Part shown: piece by piece, positions 1 to 12,149 of the stretch
Layout of the letters: each line of letters opens with the position of its first letter
Position numbering within the stretch: position 1 is the first letter of the stretch
DNA from: Hypanus sabinus
Taxonomy: Eukaryota
NCBI RefSeq assembly: GCF_030144855.1
Contig: NC_082712.1
Coordinates: 136,710,001 to 136,774,000 of the forward strand
DNA length: 64,000 nucleotides
Direction of reading: 5' to 3'
Position numbers and translations under genes: made by a program
The notes under the pieces: generated by a model
The model's input: the letters and a program-made list of their open reading frames with translations, nothing else
The model's database searches: none
What the model was told of the DNA's origin: nothing

Positions 1-1602
1 TCAGAGAACATTAGGATAATGTCCCTTTATAAACTTCATGTATTTGGCAAAGCTGTAGGTTGGTTTCTAATTTCGCAGTAATGGTTACTAATTGAGTGTT
101 TTGTTTATTTGATATTATCTCGTAGTTCATCTTATCATGAGGAGTGATGATAAATTGAGCTAAAGTTAGATCTGCAATAAATGTTGCTTGATGAGTTTAA
201 CAGTTCACATCTAACTAACCTTATTAACCTGCAATTTGGAAAGTTGGGTTCAAAAACTACCAGGAAATATGCAAAAGTTTACAGTTTCCAGTGGAATCAG
301 AGTCAGAAATGTCTATATAAAGATATGAAATCTTCACTGCTATTTTGCAGCCCAAAAGAAGGTAGAATTCGGCATTGAAAAATGCAAAAAGTATGGAATG
401 GTATTGCAATGTAAAAGGGCTGGATGAATTGTAAATTTTGTACAATCTTGCAAATTGCATTTTTCCAATACAATTGTAAATTATTTTTATACTGACAGTG
501 AACCCAAGGAAAGTAGAATCTCCCAGCATCCCCTTCCTTTTACAGCCTATGTATAATGCTGAGATACATCCTAGGAAGTGCTGGAACACATCATTAATAA
601 CGTAACCTGGGATCATCACGTATTTTGGGTCTTTCAACATCAGACGCTCTTATGCATGCGACCTAGCCAGGGTTGATCAGGCCATGGCTTTTGTCCCAGC
701 AGCATTGCTCCATGGGTCACGACTCTTGATCCATAGTCATCTGGAGGCTCAGTCAGCAGCCTCTGTGACAGTCCCAATTGCTTTTTTCTTTGTAGCCCCA
801 GTAATGCCAAGGAGAGAGTAGGTTCTGCACAGTGAGCAGCCAGAAAAACTTCTAAACCTCAGCTCTATAGGCTCATATTGTGCCCTCCAATCCTGTGTCT
901 GGCACTGCTATACCAACTCCAGGTATTTGACTTTCTTACGTTCAAACACCTCCTCAATCCATTCTTCCCAAGTTCTACCATGACCACCTGCTTTGAGGTT
1001 TCGGACAGAGTGACCATGTCAGACTTTGAGAATGATGATACAATGAAGTCAGGAAACTTTAGTGGAATGCACTATGGCTTAAAGATAAAGCTACGTGTAA
1101 ATATTCATTAATCCCAAATTTACTTTTTTCCTGTTAGTTGTTCATACTTGCCCCCTGAGGGTACAAAATCCTGATTTATTAGAACTACAATCTCTTAACC
1201 AAATGACTTTATCTTTAGCCTCAGTTATGTATGTTTAAGAGCCAATTGATCATGGAGTCTAACCCAGTAAAGCGCAATTCTGTCCTCACAACCCATATTG
1301 TATGTCAACATCTGTCATAGGATTACCCATAGAAGTTCTCTCTACCACTTCATTTGAACACTGAAACCAGTCCCTGGCATGAGAAGTCAACATAGTCTCA
1401 GGAGACAGGAATGGAACCAGAGAGTACGTCTGTGCATAATTACGTAGCAATAGATCATTCTAATGCTAAAATTCTGAATTGGGTGCAGAATTAAACTATT
1501 TTAGATGGTGAATAAACACCAAGGGGAAGAATGGTTTTGATTTTAAAAAATTCATGTACAATAAAATTGTTGCCAATGAAACCCATATGGCTGTGTTTTC
1601 AG

Positions 1603-1705
1603 GGAAGAAAATCGCTTTAGGCACAAGCTGCTGGAGCTGACGGACACTAACAACATTGCCTCCTTGTTCCTCACAGCTGCCAATCGTTGGCTCGAAGTTC
1701 GTATG
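1603..1705 (+). CDS. ABCC8: ABCC8/SUR1 internal exon (TMD2, equivalent to human exon ~30); upstream exons lie outside the window
   Basis: ttttcag acceptor and gtaag donor, 103 nt. Encodes [34 protein letters not shown]. The [16 protein letters not shown] segment is SUR1-type (SUR2 has [16 protein letters not shown]). Confidence 0.96.
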
Positions 1706-2197
1706 GTAAGGGCTTCAGACCTGGGGTCTTCAATATTAATTGTTTTTCATTGTGTTTTCTCAATCTTATAAAGTTAGGATTTGAATGACACATTAGACAT
1801 CCCTACAATAGCTTACCAAAGGTGTACGTTTAACTTCACTGGCCTACACTCAAGATTTAATTTGAAAGTAATTAATCTAGATACACCCAGAGCCTTAAAG
1901 ATGATTATTTATGAAGCTACACACCAAGAGATTTCAGTAAGTGAGTTTTGAATGTACAACCCCATGCCTCAAAAAAGGCATTATATAGATAGAGATGTAA
2001 TTACTGAAATTCTCATTTTTTTCTATTTTTATGTATTGCGTGGTACTGCTGCTGGAAAGACAACAAATTTCACAATGTATGCCAGTGATGTTAAACCTGA
2101 TTCTGATTCTGGCAATTGCTTGTACCAAGCCCTGGTCTGACACCTGCTTTATTCTGATTTGTATGCATATCAGCCTGTTCCCTATGTTTATTTCCAG

Positions 2198-2311
2198 GAA
2201 TATATAGGAGCATGTGTAGTTCTCATTGCAGCAGTTGCGTCTATCACCAACTCACTGTACTACGGACTTGCATCAGGACTTGTTGGTCTGGGACTGACCT
2301 ATGCCCTAATG
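2198..2311 (+). CDS. ABCC8: ABCC8/SUR1 internal exon (last TM helices)
   Basis: tttccag/gtaag, 114 nt. [38 protein letters not shown]; GLGLTYALM is SUR1-type (SUR2: GLGLLYALT). Confidence 0.96.
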
Positions 2312-2394
2312 GTAAGAACATTAAATTTATTGCTTTGACAATTTTCCTACTGTAATTAGGATGTTAAGAAAAGTTCAGGCCAATACCAGGAATA

Positions 2395-2935
2395 GGTATT
2401 TATTTATTATTGTCACATGTACCAAGTTACAATGAACAATTTGTTTTGCATATTGTTTGTAAAGATCAATTCATTACACAAAGCATTGAGCAGAATAAGG
2501 TACAATAACAACAATGCTGACTAAAGTATAAAAGCTCCCTAACAAGCACAGTGCAGGTAAACAACAAAGTGCAAAATCATAATGAGGTACTGTAGATTGT
2601 GAGACCAAGAGTCCATCTTATCAGACAAGAGGTCTGTTAAAGAGTCTGATAATATTGGGATCAAAACTGTCCTTGAGCCTGCTGGTACATGCTTTCACTC
2701 TTTTTGAATTTTCTGCCCAGTAGAAGAGGGGAGAGGAGAGAATGTACAGGGTGGCCAGCTGATTTACTAAAGCAGTGAGAATTATAGAGAGGAGGCTGGT
2801 TCTTGAGATGTACTAAGCTCTCGTGGTCACATGCAGAGTAATTGTCATGCCAAGCAGTAATGTGTCCCGATAGAAAGCTTTCTGTGGTGCATTGATAAAA
2901 ATTGGTAAGACGTGCCAAATTTCTGTAGCTTCCTT
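2395..2935 (-). mobile_element. Probable Rex1/Babar-type LINE 3' fragment (related pieces ~39955-40410, ~40690-40790, ~45105-45240)
   Basis: Internal cross-similarity (e.g. gtccatcttatcagacaagagg vs gtgcatcttatcatacaagagt). Family assignment is from pattern memory only. Confidence 0.45.
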
Positions 2936-3409
2936 ATAATCACAGTGACATCCCTGTGTGTCATCCACAGGAAAAGCATCTCACTAACTCATTTACATTC
3001 AGATTTTAACATCAAGTAACTAACTTCTAGCTTTCCACTTCATTTATATATTTACTGCAATACCCAATCAACCCTGCCCTTCAATGCCCCTTGTCCTTTG
3101 TCAGGCTATCTTTTTCCTCAGCTTCTCTCGTGGAGTGCTCATCTCCATACCCTTTATTCAACTAGACTTAAATATAACCATTAACTGACTTTGCAGTAGC
3201 ACACAATCTGCCAAAACCTCTGATCCAGGGTCATCCCTATCTACAAATACAAGTTGTGGATTCTTTACACTAATCTTTAAAATTTTCTTTTCTATCAAAA
3301 TTACCTGCTGACAAATGCTTACTGAAATTGCTAAGATCCCTGATTTGGAGGTTCTCAGTATTAGTTACGAACGTGGTTCACCTGCAGTGTGTTGGAAGTG
3401 GAGACATAG

Positions 3410-3800
3410 ATCACAGGACAGTACAACACTGGACAGGCCATTTGTGCCCCCCCCCCCCCAGTTTTGAACCAATCTTGACACCAATTTTTACTAAATGTCC
3501 TCCTCCCCTGTATCATTCATATAACCCATTCCTTTCATATTTATGCAAGCCTCTTAAACTCCACCAAACTGCCTGCTTCCACTACTATTCTTGGCCACAT
3601 TTTCTAGGCACCTACCACTCTGCTTAAAAATACTAGCCTCTCACTTCACTTTTAAACATCCTCCTCCTAACCATAAAAACATATCCTCTGGTGTTTTATA
3701 CTTCTACCTTGGGGTAAAGATTCCAATTGTCTATCCTAGTTATGCCTCCGTCAGGTCTCCCCTTAGCCTCAGATGTTCTCGGGAGTACAACCCAAGTTTT
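3410..3800 (-). mobile_element. CR1-type LINE 3' fragment (another at ~40790-41170)
   Basis: Similarity to the other minus-strand CR1 3' ends in the window. Confidence 0.6.
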
Positions 3801-4064
3801 ATTTTTTGAGACCTATTAGCTACTTTTCCAAGTGGAAATTTCCCATAGTTTTCTGATTATGGCTTGATTTGAGATTTTAAATTAGGAATCCTTTCAATTG
3901 CTCAATTATGTTCAAAGATAATTTACATAAATATGAGTTACTCAACTTTGAATTTGGTATTAGATGGATGGTTATTACACCTATAGTTTGCATTTATCTC
4001 TTGCTCAGTGCTTGACCAATTGCTGCAAGTGGTAACCTGCCTGATTGTTTTCCTTTCTTGACAG

Positions 4065-4185
4065 ATTTCAAACTACTTGAACTGGATGGTACGCAATCTA
4101 GCAGACATGGAAGTACAGTTAGGTGCTGTGCAGAGAATAAACAGCCTCCTTAAAATTGAAACAGAAAATTATGATGGACTTATAT
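4065..4185 (+). CDS. ABCC8: ABCC8/SUR1 internal exon
   Basis: ttgacag/gtgag, 121 nt. [40 protein letters not shown]. Confidence 0.96.
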
Positions 4186-4297
4186 GTGAGCATTTCCAGA
4201 CAAAATATTTGGTGAAAATGCCAGTGATCAAGTAGTTAAGTTTAATAAGTAAGTTTTTTAACTGTTATTTCTTTTCATCCTGAATAACACGGTACAG

Positions 4298-4428
4298 CAC
4301 CTTCACAGATTCCTCCCAACTGGCCAGATGAAGGCGAGATCAAAATCCAGAATCTCAGTGTTCGCTATGACAGCACCCTAAAACCAGTGTTAAAGAATGT
4401 GAATGCCCACATCAGTCCAGGACAAAAG
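4298..4428 (+). CDS. ABCC8: ABCC8/SUR1 internal exon (start of NBD2)
   Basis: tacag/gtaaa, 131 nt, after a 112-nt intron. (S)[43 protein letters not shown]. Confidence 0.96.
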
Positions 4429-4829
4429 GTAAAAGGCCCACTGAGTTCAACATATGTGAAGCTGCTGATTGGAAATTGGCCTCGTGCAGTAGTTTGCCAT
4501 TAAATTCACCCATGTAGCTCCCATTATTTTGAAGTGCTTCCTTCCTTCTAATATGATATCCTTCATCTACATAATTGTTATGTGAATCCGACTAGCAGTT
4601 GCATCTGGGAATGCATTAACACATGCAGTGATCAAGCCTGCTGCAAATATGCAGTGTAGGCATATTCCACTATTAGTTTTTGTTTGTGTCGAGCCACTCA
4701 GGTAACACTAAAATTCAACAATGCAGCTGATGTTGCGTGTTAACCACATGCAACTGAACAATGCAGTTTATTGTAAATATAAGCCAATAGATTAGCAGCA
4801 GCAGTGGAAACACAACAGCAAATATGTCT

Positions 4830-4959
4830 AAATGAGCAAGTCTGCAGATGCTGGAAATCCAAAGCAACACACATAATGTTTAGAGGAACTCAGCAAGTCA
4901 TGCAGCATCTATGGAAATGAATAAACAGTTGACTTTTCGGGCTAAGACCCTTCTTCAGG
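4830..4959. mobile_element. Single-arm copy of the hairpin family (further single arms at ~17925-18060 and ~26370-26560; diverged copy ~30270-31050)
   Basis: Family sequence; imperfect 13-bp flanking repeat at 4817 / 4960. Confidence 0.65.
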
Positions 4960-7177
4960 AGCAAATGTGTTTGATGTATATCATAACATCTATTGGATTA
5001 CTGTTGCTATTTTCTTCCTCAGTTTGCAGTACAAATAATTGAATCTCATGAAACTTGCTCAACTCCTTAATGCCCTAGGAATCTTTCACCATATTTATAT
5101 TTACCTGCAGAATTCTGGCTCCACCCTCTACTACCCTTTAAATGGTAATGGCTAGGGTTGATTAGTATGTGCCTCTTTGCAAGGTGCTAGCTGCTCACAA
5201 AATTGTGTAATCCATTCTACCAACATAATAATCAAGCATAATCACAGTGGGTCTAAACAAGTACTGTAGTCATCATTAAGAGCAAACCAGGTGTTGCTGC
5301 AGCTTTAAATGATTTTGGATCCTGCAATTTAATTTCGCATCACTTTCATGGTGGTCCTTAAAATTTTGCCTTCAAATGACTGAAACATGAATAAAAAGAG
5401 GACTGCACGAGTACTGTCACAGTAGAACTATGCTTCTGAAAAATTGCCTTACTGGAAGTCGTACATTGTGGCCATTAAAAAGATTAATAAGGAGGATATG
5501 GATTGTCTTCACAAAACATGTGTGGCTCATTTTCAATTTTAATTATGGCAGGAAAGGCATTGTGGACTACAGATCAAGCAGTCCTTAACAAAAGGAAGGG
5601 CAATCAGGAAAATGATACCATCTATGTGTGTCTATTTGCAGAGTGGAAGTTCTTCCCTACAGCACAGAACAAAGCAGTTTACAGAATGAGAACAAGCCAG
5701 TGAAATAGAATTTTAAAAGCATTGCACTTACATTACAAAGTGCTTTTTCTTCCCCTTCTCTACCTTTTGAATAAATCCAGTTCATTGAGCAGTAGTTCTA
5801 CTATATTTAATTGTCATTTACGTTGGAGCTTCAAAAGTAAGGCCAGAAATCTGTACCAATATTGTATTCATAATCAAGCATGCCGTAAAAGGCTTCTAAA
5901 ATAGATAGCACTGTAGGGCTACTGAGGAATGAAAGTATACTCAAATATGAGTACATGACCTCAGGATAGGAAAGAAATGAGAAACATACTTTAAAAAGAT
6001 GCAGGTCTTTTATCTTTATTATTATGTTTTTTTTGCCAAAATAAAGACCTTGGTAAGTTAATTACTTAATCTCGAAAAAGCTCAAATGTTGAAGCCAATG
6101 GATATTTGCTTAGCAAGACAACAAACATCAGAATTTTAAGACCTTTACAATGCAAAATATATACCAAAAACAGTGTTATAAATAAGTCAATAAGAAAGTG
6201 GATGTTTGATAGTTCTTTCTTTTAAAATAATGCAAATTTCTGCAATTAAACATATTGTGAACAGATGTTAGCTTAGCTAAGTCTGGAGAAATACCCATCA
6301 ACTGGAAGATTGTCACTTAATCCTACCCCATTACAGGCTCTTAATCTTCAGCATTAAGGGAATATTAAATTGTCAGATGAGTTGACCTTTGAGGTAGTTT
6401 AAACTGTGGTTCATCTGTCTAGTCAGATTAATAAATATAGTTTAACTAAAACAATTTTCTTTAGGACCCTCTCCATTTTTAGTGCGACCAAAAATAGGAA
6501 AGTTAAGGGCATTCATGTGTCATTACTATTTATGGAATAGTTTGGCTATTTTACTCACCTTTATAACACTAATTAATTGACTTTGGAGCTTTGAATTGTG
6601 AGAAAAGGTTGCTTAAAATCATTTTGAGGTGATCTGTGCTTTATATAACTAGTTCTTTGGTCAGTCAGATTAAAACACCTGCACTGTTAGATAGCAACTA
6701 AACTAAGAATTCTGTTGGACTGTTCAGATAAACAAGAAGTTTACAAGATGGAGTCAAGTGCATGGAAGTTGCTTGGCAATAATCAACTCTGATTGTGCTT
6801 TTACGAATGCAGCAGGTATACCCACTGCTAGCATATTAACGGGTAACTAATGAGTAGGCACGGCAACTCTACATCTTTACATGTCTTCAAAAACAGCCTT
6901 TCCACATGGCACAGGTGAACACAGCTCAGAGGAGCAACAAAATTTTTAGACTTCCGTACTTAACTGCACTTGCCTGCATTCTTGGAGACCACAAACATAT
7001 TTACTGTACAACAACTGAGTGCTGTAAGCGTCATTTTATTCTTAGATGCAAAAACCAAGTTATGATATATAAAAATGCAAGAATGATTTTAAAAATGTTT
7101 ATGTTGATGTGACATGACATTTATATGCATTCCTATGTGTTTTGGTACTGTTTGATAACAGAATCTATTTTACACAG

Positions 7178-7256
7178 GTTGGAATCTGTGGACGAACAGG
7201 CAGTGGGAAATCTTCCTTTTCTTTAGCCTTTTTCAGAATGGTAGATATGTTTGAAG
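7178..7256 (+). CDS. ABCC8: ABCC8/SUR1 exon with NBD2 Walker A
   Basis: tacacag/gtaaa, 79 nt. [26 protein letters not shown]; KSSFS is SUR1-type. Confidence 0.97.
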
Positions 7257-8085
7257 GTAAAGTTTTTTAACACAATGTTTGTTTTGCATACATTCTGTAA
7301 TTTACTTCTTTATATCTACCAATCCTGTTTTTCTAGGGAACTGCTGTTTTAAATTTCACTCACAGATATTAATATTTTAAAATACATTGGTTCAATGCAT
7401 AGCTTGAATTGAAGAACAGTTCTGGCATAATAAAAAAAAACCCTGTAAATGTAAAAGTTGATGTTCCAAACAAAAAAACCTGAATTACTCATTGATTTTA
7501 ATCATATTTTAATATAAAAAGTAATAGAAATTCTTAATCTATTACTTTGGTGTATAAGAAAGTTCTCTTTACTAGTAATTCTTATAAGCACATTTCGAAT
7601 GTGCCTTTACTAGAGAACAGTAAAATAGTACAACTGGTGTAAGAATAGGGAATTCTTTAACTTAAGCTTGAGGTCATCTTTTGCAATGCTCCCAAGTGAA
7701 TTTAAATCTTTCAATAAAAGATTCAATGAAACAGAGCTAAATACAATAGTTAAACTAACCTTACAGCAAGAGTACATACAAAACACGATTACAAAGAAAA
7801 CTTGCCTTAATCATACTATGTCATATCCTTCTATACAAGCAATAGAAATCCAGAATATAACTTTACTTTCTTGGGTATAGGACAGTGTAGAGGGCAGTTT
7901 GCTCTGGAGAGCATGCGCAGAGTCTCCAAATACTGGTGCCATCTTAATAACAGTTTTTTGTAATTACTTCACACAAAGATTATTAGAGGACTTGGTGATA
8001 TGCGGGAACAATTTAAAAGCTAGTAAAATAAAAATCAGGTAAAAATGTGCAGAACAGAAATAATTAAGAACAAACTAAAATGCTT

Positions 8086-8168
8086 ACAACACACACAAAA
8101 TTCTGGTTCCACCAGCATTTTGTGTGTGTTGTTTGAATTTCCAGCATCTGCAGATTTCCTCGTGTGTG
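8086..8168. mobile_element. 83-bp mini hairpin element of the Penelope-terminus family
   Basis: 21-bp inverted arms plus family tail; exact 14-bp TSD aaactaaaatgctt (8072-8085 / 8169-8182). Confidence 0.85.
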
Positions 8169-8816
8169 AAACTAAAATGCTTGTTTTTTCCTTAACAATC
8201 TAAATTAAATCAGTGAGACTGGGGATCAAGCACCAGCTCTAATTTGGCCTCAGCATGATTGAGCTGTATTCCCAGACTCCAAGGAGCTTTCAAGGGAAAT
8301 ATTTGAAACTTACTGTAACTCTCCATAATAAAGATAGAAATTCTGCGTTTGACTTTGTACATGGGAGTTTCAGACTTGCCCACATTTACCAGCACAATCT
8401 AGGCCACCTGGCCTCTTTAACATCAAAAAAATTTAGATCTAATATAAGTTTCTTCCTTTCCCCAAACTCTCACCAAAACCATGACTTAAACTTAAAGAAA
8501 CAAATTACCCATTGCTGAGGCCAAGAGAAAAGTATGATGTAGCTGAAATCCTTATCACTCTCCACTCTGAAGCACAAGCAGCAAATTTAACCACTAAGGC
8601 ACATTCTTAACCTTGCATCCATCTCTCTGATCAATAGTTCTGATCAGTGCAGTTTAAGATAATGCCTGTTTGAAATTAATCAAAATATTTCAACTAAAAT
8701 GAGGAAAACGTTACCAAAAAAGCTGAATATTAAGTTTAATTTTAAAGAAAATTAGAATATTACTGTTTTATTACTAAAATGGAACATTGTTTTACAGCAG
8801 TGTATTTGAAAACTAA

Positions 8817-8960
<144 letters not shown>

Positions 8961-9949
8961 TGAGTATTAACCAAAAGTGATATGGACCATCAATGGATAA
9001 TGTAGTTTACATAATCCATGTGTGAGTCAGCCTTTGACGCATGTACTTCAAAATAAGTTCATATTTTGCATCTATCTGTATCAATGATTTATTTCTTTGT
9101 TGACTTCATTAAGGTGCACCATAAACCAAAAAATCTGAAATCCAATTACTTGTCTGATAAAAGTTAAAAAGTATATTAGAAATGCAGTAGTTGACCACAA
9201 CATCTGTACAACATGAAAGCAAATTATGCGTTGCACTTTGAAATGAATAGGATAGTGTTCCCTCTCATGTTTTAGTTATGGAATTGCATATGATCATCTG
9301 TAGAAATGACTGCAAAAGAAAAAATACTTTTGGGGAATACCCAACACTCGCAACATACCTCAGTATAGAATTGCCATCTTTGCAGCAATGAACAAACGAT
9401 GCAGGAAGTTGTTCTAAAATGCTTTGCAGTACAATTTTGAAATGGTTTGATGCCAAGCCATAAAATGAAGATGCTGAAGCAAATAACCAACAACTTTTTT
9501 AGAAAGTAATGCAGGGAAAGTGTACTCTTTGCTTTCAACTTTAGCATCCCAGACTGGAATCCCTCTTAAGTCTACAGCTCTCCTCTGTGTCTCTGAGCAT
9601 CCTCTGATGCCTTCCCTTGAGCAGCTGCCTCTGTCTATATTCTTAATCCTATTGCTTTCTCATTTTTCTGCAACTTGTCAAGTGTCTCTTTTCCTCTCCA
9701 CCCATCCATGAAATGGTCTGTTGTTTGTGGTTTGGCATTCAAGTGATTCTCATGGATAATTGCATGATCACTATGACCTAGTAGGCACTGACTGATGACA
9801 TGTTTTCCTTAAAGGAAGTTACCCTCTCTAGCTAAACATTTCACCATTTATCCAGTGCAGATTGTTAAATTCTAAGTATAGCTCTCAATTATATATCACA
9901 TTGAGGTCTTCTGACTTTAGAAATTTGTCCATTGAGCATAGTCCTATTT

Positions 9950-10760
9950 CATCTTATCAGTCTATGGTGGGTGGGAAAGGTGAACAGTAGGAGAAAAAGG
10001 AATCTGATTGGAGAGGGAAGTGGACCATGGGAGAAAGGGAAGAAGGAAGGGTACCAGAGGGAGGTGTTTAGCAGATGAAGAGGTAAGTATCAAGAGTGGG
10101 AATAGAAGAAGAGGGAAGAGGAGGGAGAAAGAAAAAACAAAAACAACAAGAAGAGAAATCGATGTTCATGCCTTCAGGTTGGAGGCTATCTAGACAGAAT
10201 ATTCAGTATTCCTCCTCCACCCTGATATTAACCTCATTGTGACATAAGAGGGAGAACATGGACTGACATGTCAGAACAGGAATGGGGAGAGGAATTAAAA
10301 ATGGTTGGCCACCAGAAAATTCTGTCTTTGGCAAATGGGTCTACAAAGCGGTCCTCCAATTTATGCTGGGTCTCACCAATATAGAGCAGGTCGCATTGAT
10401 ACAATAGGCAAACCCATTGATGAAGTGTTGCCTCATCTGAAAGGACTGTTTTGGGCTTTGAATGGAAATGACGGAGGAAGTGAATGGGCAGGTGTAGCAT
10501 TTCTGTCGCTTTCAGGATACATGCCAGGAGGCAGATTGGTGTGGAGGGATGACTGGACAAGGGAATCACAGAGGAGGCAATCCCTGCAGAAAGCAGAGGG
10601 TGTCGGGGGAAGATGGGTTTGGTGGTACGATCCCATTGTGTAAGTTGCAGAGAATGATGTGTTGGATGGGGTGGCACACTTAGACAGTTACTGCAGTACC
10701 CCACCAAATATTTCTCTAGTTTGATGCCCCTTGTTCCTTGAAAGGTCATCTTTCAACCTG
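9950..10760 (-). mobile_element. Penelope-like fragment with GIY-YIG endonuclease remnant
   Basis: Translates ...CLLYQCDLLYIGETQHKLEDRF...; paralogous to 20000-20870. Confidence 0.75.
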
Positions 10761-11417
10761 TACTTTCCCTGATATAGTGTTCATCCCTATCCTCCTATCC
10801 AACAGATCTAGACTTAAATATGGCATATAATTGATTTTGTTGTAAAATACATCTGGGTTCCATCTGCCAAAATCTCATTGATCCAGAATAATCCCAGTAT
10901 GCAAAATACAAGTCTTCCACTCTTTATTCTAATGCACCTTATTTTCCGTCTTCAATAAGTGTGGAAATTTCTTGAACTTCCTGACCACTAAGATCATGTC
11001 CACCCAATCCACTACTTTTGACATGTCCTCACCTTAATAAATAATCAAAATGGAAAATGTATTTCATACAATTATATTGCCAGGAAATCATGTAAGTGAC
11101 AGGTTAACAGTTTCAAAGTCAATAAAGATCAAGGGAAATTTGGGGATGTATAAGTTATGCTGACTTTATCTCTGATGTGTACCTCCTGCAGAAGAGTATA
11201 GTACAGTAGTCTGGGTAAGGACTGTAGTGTGCACATATCTGTTCTAAATAATATTATTCCTAGTTAGGGTAAAAAGGAGATTAGAACTAACTGATTACTG
11301 TACTAGAAGTTGATCTGGATTTAAAGAGCTTTCTTCTGATCCATAATGATTCTAAAATAATCAGAAGAACTTGCAAAACTTGCATTCTGAATTACTTTTT
11401 TTTTCTTTTTCCCACAG

Positions 11418-11521
11418 ATTCAATTTGGATCCAGAGAGAAAATGCACAGATAGCATTCTGTGGGAGTCCTTAGAGATCGCACAACTCAAACATGTGGTGA
11501 AAGCTCTACCAGGAGGTTTAG
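11418..11521 (+). CDS. ABCC8: ABCC8/SUR1 internal exon (NBD2)
   Basis: cccacag/gtaac, 104 nt. [34 protein letters not shown]. Confidence 0.97.
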
Positions 11522-12149
11522 GTAACATAACAATAATATAATTGATGACAGTTGGTAATAATGCAAAAAGTGCAATTTTCCACTGACCTATCATTTTATT
11601 ATATACTCTATTTTTTCTTACCATTTAAACAGAGGTTGTAAAATTAGCTGCAGTGCAAATTATACCTTCAGTTCATAATTCCTATTTTGCAGCATCATCT
11701 GGAGAAACCTGACCACCATTGAGCATGAGACTGAAGGAGAAGTTAGACCAAGAATTTGAGATAGTTCCAATACCAGCTGTATCTAGTTTTGGCAGAAATT
11801 TATTCATAGTTCTAAGTGCAAGTATGCAGACTGAAAGGTTGGCAGCATGAGACAGATGGACCACTACTATTGTTTTTAGTAATAAGAAAAATGTCCTGCA
11901 TCATTGGCTTATGAAGTACAACATATACAAATTTCATGATATATCCCCAAACCTTGCCACTTCCATCCAGTAGTATCTAAGCTATAATAAGGGAGACCAA
12001 GACCTCCATTTCCTTTCAGTCTGGATTTTCCATTTCCTGCAAGATTCAAACCAAGTTTCTAGATCTTCTTGTCTGCAAATCCACAGTCCCTACTCATCGC
12101 CCTAACATGGAGTAATAAGGCACTACAGTCTTTTGCTTCATCGAGTCTG

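Noticed and set aside
1934-2143. ORFs just upstream of the 2198 exon
   Set aside because: No SUR similarity; exons 1603-1705 and 2198-2311 already join in frame.
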